Below, in pieces: positions 9,847 to 19,296 of a stretch of DNA of 64,000 nt. Source of the stretch: Andalucia godoyi And28 (lineage: Eukaryota; Protista; Jakobida); the NCBI GenBank assembly GCA_009859145.1, contig VRVR01000062.1:1-64000 (forward strand). The letters run 5' to 3'. Made by a program: the position numbers and the translations under genes. The notes under the pieces are model-generated. The model was not told the DNA's origin. It worked only from the letters and a program-made list of their open reading frames with translations, and made no database searches. Every line of letters begins with the position of its first letter. The stretch's first letter is position 1.

Positions 9847-11289
9847 TTATATTATACCAGGAATGAACGCATGAGGAACTACCTTCAGATAATTCTTCCA
9901 GTCTTCGCCGTACTTGAGAGCACAGCGGTGCATGTCTCGCTGGTATCTATGGATGATCATGGATGTAAAAAAGATAAAGTAAAAGTACGGAAGAAACCGA
10001 TCGAATCCGCACAGCAAGCCCCAGGTAAGAGCAAAGTACATGTCGCAGGTGTAGTGGATCTTGCGAGCGTACTTCCACCAACCGTCGATCAGCAGTGGCA
10101 TTCCTGCCTTGGTCATCAGGTGTTTGGGGTTCTCCAGGACCTGCCACGGCAGACGGGGGAAAGTCCAGCGGTTGACAACAGTGCCCTCAAACTGCAGGCG
10201 AAAATGGTTCTTCTGGCTCTGAGAGGTGTCCCAGATGTAGTACGCAAACAAGTAGAGGGCCAGAATGATGCCGAGTGCCCAGAACGGCAGACCGGGGTCA
10301 CCGTGAACGACAAGGAACACGGACTGGAGACAGTACAAGAATGGCACTCCGGCAAAGTTCCAAAACGAAAGCATCCATCCAAACTTTTCATAAAAGATGT
10401 CCCATGTCGGCGGCACATAATGTTCGCCCTTGGCACACGCGTTTGCGTAGAGGCCGTGCGCAAGGATAAGGAACCACATGGAAGGCGAGACCGATCCCGT
10501 CAGTTCGTACTGCTTTGACGCACAGGACACGGTGTTGATGAAGAGGAGATACCACGAAATGCGGATTTCTGCAAAGAACTTGATGTCCAGGATCCCGATA
10601 CGGGGATGCAGCAACGCGCCCATGAAGAAGTCGTACAGGTAGTTTCCAGACATGCGGTGCGTCTTCCGTGCGGCAAACGCAAACACATAGCATGAAACCG
10701 CGGTCAAGTCTCCAAAGAGAATGGCGACTGTCATGATTCTTCCAATGCGGTCGTAGTACAGCGAAAGCGGGAACATCCCCGTGACTTGCGACGTCACAAT
10801 TACAAAAAGCGTGACGTACCACGAGAGGTAACCGTTGCAGCGATACAGCAGACGTTTCCCGCAGTCGTCTGGGCGTCCGCGGAGGTCAAGCCCCGGCAGA
10901 ACCGCCGCAAACACCGCTTCGATAAAAATGAAACTCGTATACAGCAAAATAGAGAACATGTCCGGATACGTCTCCTCCACAAGTGTGTTGTACGCATTCT
11001 TCACGTCTGCCATCGACGACGGAAACCACATTGTGCCGTCTGCATGGTGCAGGCAGTAGTATACATAGTACAGCAGAACATGCGAATACGTCATGATCCC
11101 AAGCGCCCCCAGCGGTCCCCCAAACTCGTAGTCAGGCTTCACAAGTTTTGCATTCATTGCTGCCTTTGGTGGTCCTCCATCCGCACCGTCCGTCCCAGTC
11201 CCAGTCCCAGCAACTATGGTAGACGACGCCGCTGCTGGACCGCCAGCTGTTGCAGATCTCACAGTAGTACGTTGACGCGGCTCTGACAT
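9847..11289 (-). CDS. ERG4: Delta24(28)-sterol reductase (ERG4/ERG24 family)
   Basis: 480 aa multi-TM; YEFGGPLGA, ACAKGEHYVPPTWDIFYEKFGWMLSFWNFAGVPF, LLIDGWWKYARKIHY, RCALKYGEDWKNY; the ACAKGE..TWD..YEKFG segment is ERG4-type. Confidence 0.9.
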   Translation of the reverse strand: MSEPRQRTTVRSATAGGPAAASSTIVAGTGTGTDGADGGPPKAAMNAKLVKPDYEFGGPLGALGIMTYSHVLLYYVYYCLHHADGTMWFPSSMADVKNAYNTLVEETYPDMFSILLYTSFIFIEAVFAAVLPGLDLRGRPDDCGKRLLYRCNGYLSWYVTLFVIVTSQVTGMFPLSLYYDRIGRIMTVAILFGDLTAVSCYVFAFAARKTHRMSGNYLYDFFMGALLHPRIGILDIKFFAEIRISWYLLFINTVSCASKQYELTGSVSPSMWFLILAHGLYANACAKGEHYVPPTWDIFYEKFGWMLSFWNFAGVPFLYCLQSVFLVVHGDPGLPFWALGIILALYLFAYYIWDTSQSQKNHFRLQFEGTVVNRWTFPRLPWQVLENPKHLMTKAGMPLLIDGWWKYARKIHYTCDMYFALTWGLLCGFDRFLPYFYFIFFTSMIIHRYQRDMHRCALKYGEDWKNYLKVVPHAFIPGII

Positions 11290-11310
11290 TCTGAATTTGC
11301 TCTATTTCTC

Positions 11311-11369
11311 TTCGTCGTCCTTGTCCTTTCGTCGTCCTTGTCCTTTTCGTCGTCCTTGTCCTTTTCGTC
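11311..11369. repeat. Three tandem copies of an 18-19 bp unit TTCGTCGTCCTTGTCCTT(T)
   Basis: Directly visible, immediately upstream of the ERG4 start codon. Confidence 0.9.
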
Positions 11370-11987
11370 TACTTAATTTATAAATATCTCTCTTTTTCTT
11401 TTCTTTTTTCTTTTTCCCCTCGTGAGCTTTTCGGCGGTGTTGCGGCTGTCTCCCAACAGGAGATCGAGAGACTCAAGCGCAAAGAAGAATATCAAAAAGA
11501 AAAAAAGACAATTCGTGATAATCGCAACAATAAGAAAAGAGAGAGAAACCAAAAACGCGCTGAAAACCAATATTAGAAATAATACAAATAATGCAAATGG
11601 ATTTTTTTTTAATTAAAAAAACAAATTCAAAAAAAAACAAGGACGACTTTTTGCAGAGAACGAAGTGGATGGATGGAGTCTCAAGCCTCGGAAGTACTCG
11701 AGGCGGTGCCCGAAATAGGACCGCATGAGCCACAGGAAGGTGTAAAGAAAGTGGGTGGGGGAAGGGCGCGAACTGCAACGAGCCGCGAAGACTTGAGGCT
11801 TGAGTGTGGGGGGGAGAGAGAGCGAGAGAGAAAAGAGTGATGCTTGATGCTTGATGCATGCCAGGAAAGACCTTTCTCTCTTGGGCTTTGTTGTTTCATC
11901 TGGACCCGGTCGAAAGAGAGAGTGGGTGTCGGTGATTGGACAGTGGGCGGGTGTTGGAGTGCGCGGTGTTGGAGTGGGTGGTGAGGA

Positions 11988-12984
11988 ATGCGCGAGTGTG
12001 CGAGTCCGAATGTGAGGCGATGGTTGTGGCCGTGGTCGTCGTGGCTGCGGGTTGTGCGAGGCCGAAATCGTGATTCGGGAAGCTTGTTTTTTACAGCCGC
12101 TGGAACACTCGGTTTCTTGGTGATGGTGGCTGTCGCTGTGCTGTGGTTTGGAGGGGCGGGAGAGAACGAGGCGGGGGTGGAGATGGGGCCGATGGACGTG
12201 TATCGGGAAGCGCGGCTTCCGCAGTCGTACTTTGAGGGGTGCGATAATGCGACTACAGCGGTTGCAGAGGTTGTGGGTGCGCTGGAGGAGACGCATGCAC
12301 GGCTTGTGGAGAGGGTTGCGCGGATCCATGCTCGGTTCTGGCGAATCGAGGATTTTATTGACCGCAGGATCCCCGATGAATACTTTAACACGGACCATCG
12401 AGCACACTGGGCCAGCCGTGCGAGTGCGAGTTTGCCGCGACTTGCGATTGTCAGTACAGTGACACCGGTGCTGATGTCGGGTCACGAGCTGGAGCAGACG
12501 ACGATGAACTGCTATGCGGCTCACCATGGGTACTCGTTCTACCCAGAAACCGTGGTCTTGCAGCGCGACCGGCCGCTGGCAACAGGTCGATTTCGAGGGC
12601 TGCAGAAGTATCTGCCGCATTTCCAGTGGGTTGTGCACATCTCCCACGACATTACCGTCGTCAACAGGTCCAAGAAAATCGAGCCGTTCCTTGACGACGG
12701 CTTTGACGTTGTCCTGACTCGCAAAAGCGGGAATCGCAACCGAGGCGCAACAGCAATCGAGACAACGACGTTCAGCACTGATCTGATAATGGTTCGCAAC
12801 TCGGCTGGAGGTCGCCAGTTCGTGAGCGATCTGATGGCCCTTTCGGATGATGGCAGACGAGGAATGCGCGCGGATGAGGGCGATCTTCATGAAGCCCTCC
12901 TCAGACTTCTATTCTCCAAACACGACTATGAGCACTGCGCGCATCCGCACATCCAGTTTCGCAGCCAACATCACCATGACCACA

Positions 12985-13015
<31 letters not shown>

Positions 13016-13382
13016 CGCTTTTGATGCATGGATGGCGATGATTCGTCAGTCGCCCTGTGCGAGCCTGTTTACGCAGTCGGAATGGAACTCAGGCCCCGTC
13101 AGGATTAAGATGCTCGACGCGGCCATGATGGTTCGGGATCCCATCGAGTGTGTCTCGAGCCGCCCCAAAGCTCCCGCTCCGCTCAAGTTTTTGAGATGCT
13201 CGGATTTTTTCATCCATCGCTGCACAGAACATCTGACGACTGATGACATGTACTGCTTGCCTGTGAAGAATGACGGCGTTTCACGGCCCGATTTATTTCT
13301 CTCCGAAGCCGACTCGGCGCAGTACGCTGCTCAGCTCGGCTACGACTCGTACATCGGATGCTCGGGAATCAACCTCGCTTAG
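11988..13382 (+). CDS. Type II membrane GT34/DUF273-like glycosyltransferase-fold protein
   Basis: N-terminal TM and helical stem, then TMNCYAAHHGYSF...LPHFQWVVHISHDITVVNRSKKIEPFLDDGFDVVL...DLIMVRNS...DEGDLH. Contains a (GAT)n poly-Asp tract near 12986-13015. Confidence 0.65.
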
Positions 13383-13741
13383 TGCCTTGTGCGCGCATGG
13401 CATGCTTTGCAGAGATGCGAGAAGCAAGTTCGTCATTGATTATTTTTTTCGCGCTTGAGGGAATGGTCAGCGACGCCATCCCAGAACAACAAGAAGCTCG
13501 TGGGGCTATTTCCAAGTACGTCGGGCCTGTCGCTCTGCTTCCTCGACCACAGTTGGGACAACTGGAGGAAAACTGAGCACGACGTCTTTCTCGCTGCCAT
13601 CTCCTCTTTCACCTCTTCTTCAAAAGCCCGCTTCTTTTTTCTTTTTTTTTTTTTTTGGGAAAGGGGGGCGTCTTCTTTTAAAATCAAGAGTACTTTACGT
13701 GGGTGTCTATACATTGCATTTTTCGTGTGGCAAAGTTCCAG

Positions 13742-15595
13742 TCAGGAATTGGGGGAGCATGGTGTGGCGGCATCCGGTTCGGCAGGGCGCTGTTCTGCGA
13801 TGCCCAGCACTTCCTCGATTGCATCTCCGAGCGCTTGGCGTGACACTGGTTTTGGAAGAAATGCATTCATTCCTGCTTCGAGAAACAGGTTGCGGTCGCT
13901 ATCGAGGGCGTGCGCCGTGTGTGCAATGATGGGCAGCGTGTGTCCAGCTCGTCGAATGACGCGACAGGCCTCGATTCCGTCCAGAACCGGCATCTGGAAG
14001 TCCATAATGATAACATCGAAGCGCGATGCGTCCTCCATGACAGCATCCACTGCTTGTTGTCCGTCGTTCGCCATCACAACGGTGTACCCGTTCTTGGACA
14101 GCAGCGATTTCAACACGCGCTGATTAATCGGATTGTCCTCCGCAACCAGGACGCAAATCGAAGACCTTTCTTTTCGGCACTCCCCCGGTATCGTCGACTG
14201 TCTCTGCGTCTGATGCTCCGGCTGGCCTGGGCGCAGGCCTCGGCCTCGGCTGTCGCTCTCGCTCTGTGCGTGGGACTGCGTCTGCACCTGCATCTGGGGC
14301 AACGAGTACGCTGACGGATGGGCCGGTGGGTTGGTGTCCGGAGATGCAGAAGGCGCGATCAGTGGAGACGGGCGAGGAGCAGGATTGTGGGGATCGAGGG
14401 AATGCGGTGAGCAGTGCAGCCGCACTCCAAAGGAAAATGTAGATCCGCGACCGACTTCGCTTTGCGCGTGGATCCAGCCGCCCATCGCGACACACAAATG
14501 ATGTGCAATGGGGAGTCCGAGTCCCAAGCCGTGAGCTTCTCGCGCCAAGCTCTCCTCGGCTTGGAAGAAGGGCTCGTAAATGCGCAGCAGCTTGGACGGC
14601 TCCATCCCGGCTCCCGAGTCCTCCACCGATACGATCATCATGAAATCGTCATGCTGCTCGAGGAACTCAGGGTGCACTTGGATGCGAACGAACCCGTTGT
14701 GCTTGTTGAACTTGACAGCGTTTCCAACAATCGCCGTCAGAATCTGGAGCAGTCGGCCGCGATCCCCAAACCCCTCTGTTGGTACACTGCTTTCAACGGA
14801 GAGCGAAATCGAAATGCTCCTCTTCCTTGCTTCCTCCGTGAACATGTGGACCACTTCCTGCAGCAGCGGCCGCAACACGATTCTTATTCTCGCAAGCTCT
14901 GCTTTCCCTCGCTCCAGGCGCGCAAACTGCAGCAGGTCCGTAATAGCCTTCAGCACGCTTGTCGTGCACGCTCTTGCAGACGAAAGCAGCGATCTCAGCT
15001 CCCGCAGAAGCGCCTCCTCGCTCGTCGTCGTCGTCGCCCGGCAGTACGAGTCGACGTTCTCGGAGGCGATGTCTAGCAGGCCAATGGCGCCTGCCAGCGG
15101 AGTTCGCAGCTCGTCTGTGAGCTGCGACAACAGCAGCACGCGCGCCTCTTCTTTGGCCGAGTGGATGAAGCTTTCGGTGATGGTCGTCTCGAACTTTTGA
15201 GAGAACTGCAGCACACACAGCCGGCCTTGCGGACTCGCCACGGAGTAGCACTCAACCACGCAGTACCCAGCATCGTGGACTGCGCATCCTCCCGACCACG
15301 CAATCCCCGCACACTGTGGATCTCGAATGTGCTGTTCCAGCGAGATGTAGTCGCCCGAGTGCACAATCACCGACGAAAGGGCTACTGGCGGGGAAGCGAG
15401 AAGTCCACTCTGAGCTGTCGCTGAAGTTACCGTTGAGAAACATGGAAATCGCTGTTTGGCTGCCGAGTTCACATACACACACGCAAGATGCTTGCTGCTG
15501 GGATCCACAAGAACCGTTGGAATTGGTGACGGCGCAAACGCAGCGATCAAGTGCGACTCTGGGATTGCAGTTGCAGTACACGAACCACTCGACAT
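13742..15595 (-). CDS. Soluble hybrid histidine kinase-like protein (PAS-like, HisKA with His-to-Asp change, HATPase_c, receiver)
   Basis: First plausible ATG at 15595 (617 aa). H-box QLTDELRTPL; N box GNAVKF; G1 VEDSGAGM; F box YEPFFQ; G2 GLGLGL; receiver VAEDN...IIMDFQMPVLDG...LPKP. Confidence 0.9.
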   Translation of the reverse strand: MSSGSCTATAIPESHLIAAFAPSPIPTVLVDPSSKHLACVYVNSAAKQRFPCFSTVTSATAQSGLLASPPVALSSVIVHSGDYISLEQHIRDPQCAGIAWSGGCAVHDAGYCVVECYSVASPQGRLCVLQFSQKFETTITESFIHSAKEEARVLLLSQLTDELRTPLAGAIGLLDIASENVDSYCRATTTTSEEALLRELRSLLSSARACTTSVLKAITDLLQFARLERGKAELARIRIVLRPLLQEVVHMFTEEARKRSISISLSVESSVPTEGFGDRGRLLQILTAIVGNAVKFNKHNGFVRIQVHPEFLEQHDDFMMIVSVEDSGAGMEPSKLLRIYEPFFQAEESLAREAHGLGLGLPIAHHLCVAMGGWIHAQSEVGRGSTFSFGVRLHCSPHSLDPHNPAPRPSPLIAPSASPDTNPPAHPSAYSLPQMQVQTQSHAQSESDSRGRGLRPGQPEHQTQRQSTIPGECRKERSSICVLVAEDNPINQRVLKSLLSKNGYTVVMANDGQQAVDAVMEDASRFDVIIMDFQMPVLDGIEACRVIRRAGHTLPIIAHTAHALDSDRNLFLEAGMNAFLPKPVSRQALGDAIEEVLGIAEQRPAEPDAATPCSPNS

Positions 15596-16253
15596 CCTCG
15601 CCCCGACGACAAGCACCAAACCCAAGCCAGTCCAGTCCAAAGCACGCGTACGAACGTACAGCCACCACAGCGGAAATAAGTGTGGAAAGCGAGTCGGGAA
15701 GCGGACTTCCCGTTGTTGTTGTTTGTTGTTTGTCTTTGTTGTTATTAGTGTGTTTTTTGTTGTTTTTTTTTCGTTTTGTTTTGTTTTTGTTTTCCTGAAA
15801 CACCACACAGGCAGTCAGGAAGGCGGAATTGGGAACTCGGGAAAAGCCAAGAACGGAAAAGCAGAAGAAGCAGAGGAGCGGGTCGAGATTGAGGGCTCGA
15901 GGGTCCGGGAAAGAAAAGCTTTGATGTCTTTGGGTCGCCGCCACGTAGCCGCGCTCATCTGCTTTGTCGAAGTGAAACTCCTCGGACGGCCCGCTCTGTG
16001 CCCGCAGGCCGTCGCAGCAGCCGGCAAGTGCGTGTGGTCTGTACACTTTGCGGGTTGCCCGTGCAAAAGTGTAGAGTGTGCGAGCAGCGACTGCTCACAC
16101 GCTTCTTGCTTCCTGTTTTTTGGGGTTTCTCTTCTTTTTTTTTTCCATTTTTTTAAAGAAGTGCTGTATCTTCTTCTTTTAATGTACGAGAGGGAGTTGC
16201 TTGGGCCAGCTTGGACTTTGAGCGACAGGAAGCAAATCGACGGAAAGACGAGA

Positions 16254-17519
16254 TCACTGCTTGAAGAACTTGCGGATGACGTCGCAGACATAGTCGACGT
16301 CTTCGATTTCGAGGCCATGGTGGCACCCAACCATGAAGCAGTCCTTCATGATGCGGTCAGAGCCAGGGAACGCATTCACATCGTATCCGTACTTGTCGCA
16401 CAGAGGGCGATACGCAGGGTGTCTGAGAATGTTTCCTGCAAAGAAGACGCGCGTCTGCACATCGTGGTCCTCGAGCCAGGTCAGCAGCTCGCGTCGACGC
16501 ACGCCGTCTCCCACAATGAACGGCATCGCAAGCCAGTTGGGCTTGATGGTGTCGTTGGGCAGCACAATCTTTCCTTCGTCCGCAAGGTCCTTGAGGTTTG
16601 CAAGGTACCGTTCGGCAAGCGTGCGGCGCTTGCCCAGCAACCAGTCAAGCTTCGCTGCCTGCACATTGCCGAACGCCGCCTGCATCTCCACGCCCTTGAA
16701 GTTGTATCCCAACACTCCGTACAAGAACTTGAAGTCGTACTCGATGCCGTCGACCGAGTGGCCAAAGCGATCCGAGATGTCCTCGCGGTTGTCACCAACG
16801 CGGCCCCAGTCGCGGAACATCATCGCAGTCTTGACATGATCTGCCGAGTTGTACATCACCATTCCTCCTCCACCGCCAGCAGTGATGACGTGGGACGCAT
16901 AGAACGACGTGACGGCCACATCCGTTTCGGGAGTGTGCGTGATCGTATCGCACGAGTCCTCTATCAGCAGGATGTCAGCACGGCGACCAAGACGCACAAG
17001 CTCGTCATGCAGACCCTTCCAGTCGGGCTTGTTGCCACCGAGGTTCGGGATAAAGAACGCCTTCGTCTTTGGCGTCAAGCACGCAAGCATCTGCTTCAGC
17101 GAAGGAACAAACGACACGGCGTCAATGTCGCAAAAGACCGGCGTGAAGTTCAGTTGCACAATCGGCGCGACAGTTGTCGAAAATGTGCATGCAGGCGTCA
17201 CGATCTCGTCACCGGCCTTCAGACCCGGTCCAAGCAGAGCGAGGACATTGGCCGACGACCCAGAGTTCACAAAGATGCCAAACTTCTTTCCAAACCGCTT
17301 GGCAATCGTCGTTTCGAACTCTTTGGTTCGCGGACCAAATCCAGCAAGCCATCCATCCCGAAGACACGCCTCCACAGCCTTGATCTCGTCTTCGCCGTAT
17401 GCCTGGAACTTGTACGGCGCATACCAGACCTTGCCACGAGGACCAGTGCCGAGACGCGATTGCGCTCCGCCGAGCATGTAGTTCGAATCAACAGAAAGAG
17501 TCGACGCGGGTGCAGACAT
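16254..17519 (-). CDS. DegT/DnrJ/EryC1/StrS-family PLP/PMP enzyme of the NDP-4-keto-6-deoxyhexose 3-dehydratase (ColD/RfbH) type
   Basis: ATG at 17519 (421 aa); FVNSGSSAN, IEDSCD, SFYASHVITAGGGG (His at the position of the Schiff-base Lys), GYNFK. Confidence 0.85.
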   Translation of the reverse strand: MSAPASTLSVDSNYMLGGAQSRLGTGPRGKVWYAPYKFQAYGEDEIKAVEACLRDGWLAGFGPRTKEFETTIAKRFGKKFGIFVNSGSSANVLALLGPGLKAGDEIVTPACTFSTTVAPIVQLNFTPVFCDIDAVSFVPSLKQMLACLTPKTKAFFIPNLGGNKPDWKGLHDELVRLGRRADILLIEDSCDTITHTPETDVAVTSFYASHVITAGGGGGMVMYNSADHVKTAMMFRDWGRVGDNREDISDRFGHSVDGIEYDFKFLYGVLGYNFKGVEMQAAFGNVQAAKLDWLLGKRRTLAERYLANLKDLADEGKIVLPNDTIKPNWLAMPFIVGDGVRRRELLTWLEDHDVQTRVFFAGNILRHPAYRPLCDKYGYDVNAFPGSDRIMKDCFMVGCHHGLEIEDVDYVCDVIRKFFKQ

Positions 17520-18030
17520 TTTTTTCTTTTTCTCAACCTCTATCGAGAAAGAGAAGAAACGAAGAAGAAAAGGTAGAATAAACAGAGAATCAGAAAGACC
17601 GAGAGCCAGAACGAAAAGATAGACTGGGCGCAAACAGTTGAACTTTCGTGAGGGAAAAATTGTGTTGTGCAGCCGAAAGCCCTGGCCCGTTCCCTGCGAG
17701 GGAGGGGCAAGTGGGGGAGAAAAGGGGGGGGGGGGGCGTCACGCAATTTTTCTTGTTCGTCCTTTTTGATTGGCAGCGAAAGGGTTTGCCTTGACAGTTC
17801 GTGCTGTTGCTTGTGCCATGATGGAGAACGACATGAGCGAACAAGAGACGCTCTCGAGGGGACTGGGGCACGGCTCAGATAATTTACATCGGGGGGAAAA
17901 TTTGCTTTTAATGAAGATTGAACAAAAAATCTTAAAACTGAAAAACCAATTATAATTATTATTATTATTATTATTTAAAAAAACGTTTTCAAAATTCCAA
18001 AGAGACATATAAACACGAGGCAACACGTCA

Positions 18031-18082
18031 GGGGCACGAGATACGATGGTTTGGGGCACGAGATACGATGGTTTGGGGCACG
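18031..18082. repeat. Tandem 22-bp repeat GGGGCACGAGATACGATGGTTT x2 plus a partial copy
   Basis: Directly visible; no spacers. Confidence 0.9.
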
Positions 18083-18313
18083 CTGCGGTCATTCGTTTTG
18101 GGTAACGCTGATCGACGCCACTAGGCATCATCGCCGTCAACGGTGTTAAGAGAGGCTAAATGATGATGATCTCAGCGTTTCCAACCAACTACCTACCTCT
18201 GTTGTCGCTGTCTCTGGCCTCTTCGTTCCTTCTTCCCTTTCTTTTTCTTGACCGTCTTTTTTTGGGGGCTTGTTTCTTTAAAGTTTCACTTGCAAATAGC
18301 GTCCACTGAAGGA

Positions 18314-18784
18314 ATGAAGTCGTTTGCTGTTGCCCTGGCAATTCTCTTGTCCTTTGTGGCTCTGTCGGCCGCCGTGTGCCCGACCACCACCGCCACCATG
18401 GCCACTGCCGTCGCTGGCTCCGGCTCGTGGTGCGACTCTGAAAAGCTAACGCAGACCGTCACCGCCTCTGGATCGACCTTCACGACCAACAACAACGTTG
18501 CGACCATCACTACGAATCCGACGTGCTTGGTAATCGGTACGCTCAACACATGCACATCATCTTGGTCTGCCACCATTTCCGGTTCTGCCGTTACGGGCAC
18601 GGTCAGTGTCTCTTGGGCCGCATCCGATACGACTTGCAACTCGGCTGCATCTACAGCCGTCCTTGCAGCCGGCTCCACCAGCGAGACCTTGACTGCCGGC
18701 GCTTGCCCCAAGTCAAGCCAGCTCTCCTTCTCTGCCTCAGCCGTGTGCGTCGCTGGAGCTGCTGTTGCCGCCGCCTTGCTGTAA
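18314..18784 (+). CDS. Small Thr/Ser/Ala/Cys-rich secreted, probably GPI-anchored surface protein
   Basis: MKSFAVALAILLSFVALSAA signal peptide, several Cys, hydrophobic C-terminus SFSASAVCVAGAAVAAALL-stop; 156 aa. Confidence 0.85.
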   Translation: MKSFAVALAILLSFVALSAAVCPTTTATMATAVAGSGSWCDSEKLTQTVTASGSTFTTNNNVATITTNPTCLVIGTLNTCTSSWSATISGSAVTGTVSVSWAASDTTCNSAASTAVLAAGSTSETLTAGACPKSSQLSFSASAVCVAGAAVAAALL

Positions 18785-19296
18785 GCCCTGTGTTCCGTAG
18801 GAGTTTTTCCCCATGTTTTTTTCACTCTCTTGGTGTTACACTTTGAATGTTTTATTATGCAACGTAGTAAAGCAGTGCGTTTTTTCTCGGGGAAGAAACA
18901 CAAAAAGACTGTGCATGGTGTTCCTTTAATTGGAGGTTTGCATCACTTGATGCGAGTGGTGGTGCGTGTTTTCCTTTCATTTGGGACTTAAGGGCCTCGT
19001 CTCGGACGAAATCCAAAAGAAACCAGTGCCCACTACAGCAGACAAGGACCGGACCCCGCCGCTTGATGCTTCCAATTCAAGCTGTCTCCTATTTCCCTTT
19101 CCTTTTCTCTGTTTTCCATTTTTCCTCGGATTTTTTATTAATATTGTTTTCATTTATCTTTTTTCCATACTATTTTTTCTTTATATATATATATATATAT
19201 GTGTATATATTCAAAGCTCACCAATCACAGTCATTGAGATTGACGGCGACTACGACGGCGACCACTGCGACCACTGCGACGACCACGAATGCACCG

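Noticed and set aside
15456-17576. 706-aa plus-strand ORF (and similar long ORFs at 11613-12890, 41499-42095, 54265-55518)
   Set aside because: They overlap well-supported genes on the opposite strand or adjacent frame and have no recognisable motifs; shadows of GC-rich coding DNA.
18031-18082. 22-bp direct repeats as a possible CRISPR-like array (also 11311-11369)
   Set aside because: Head-to-tail repeats with no spacers and no cas genes, in a eukaryotic context.
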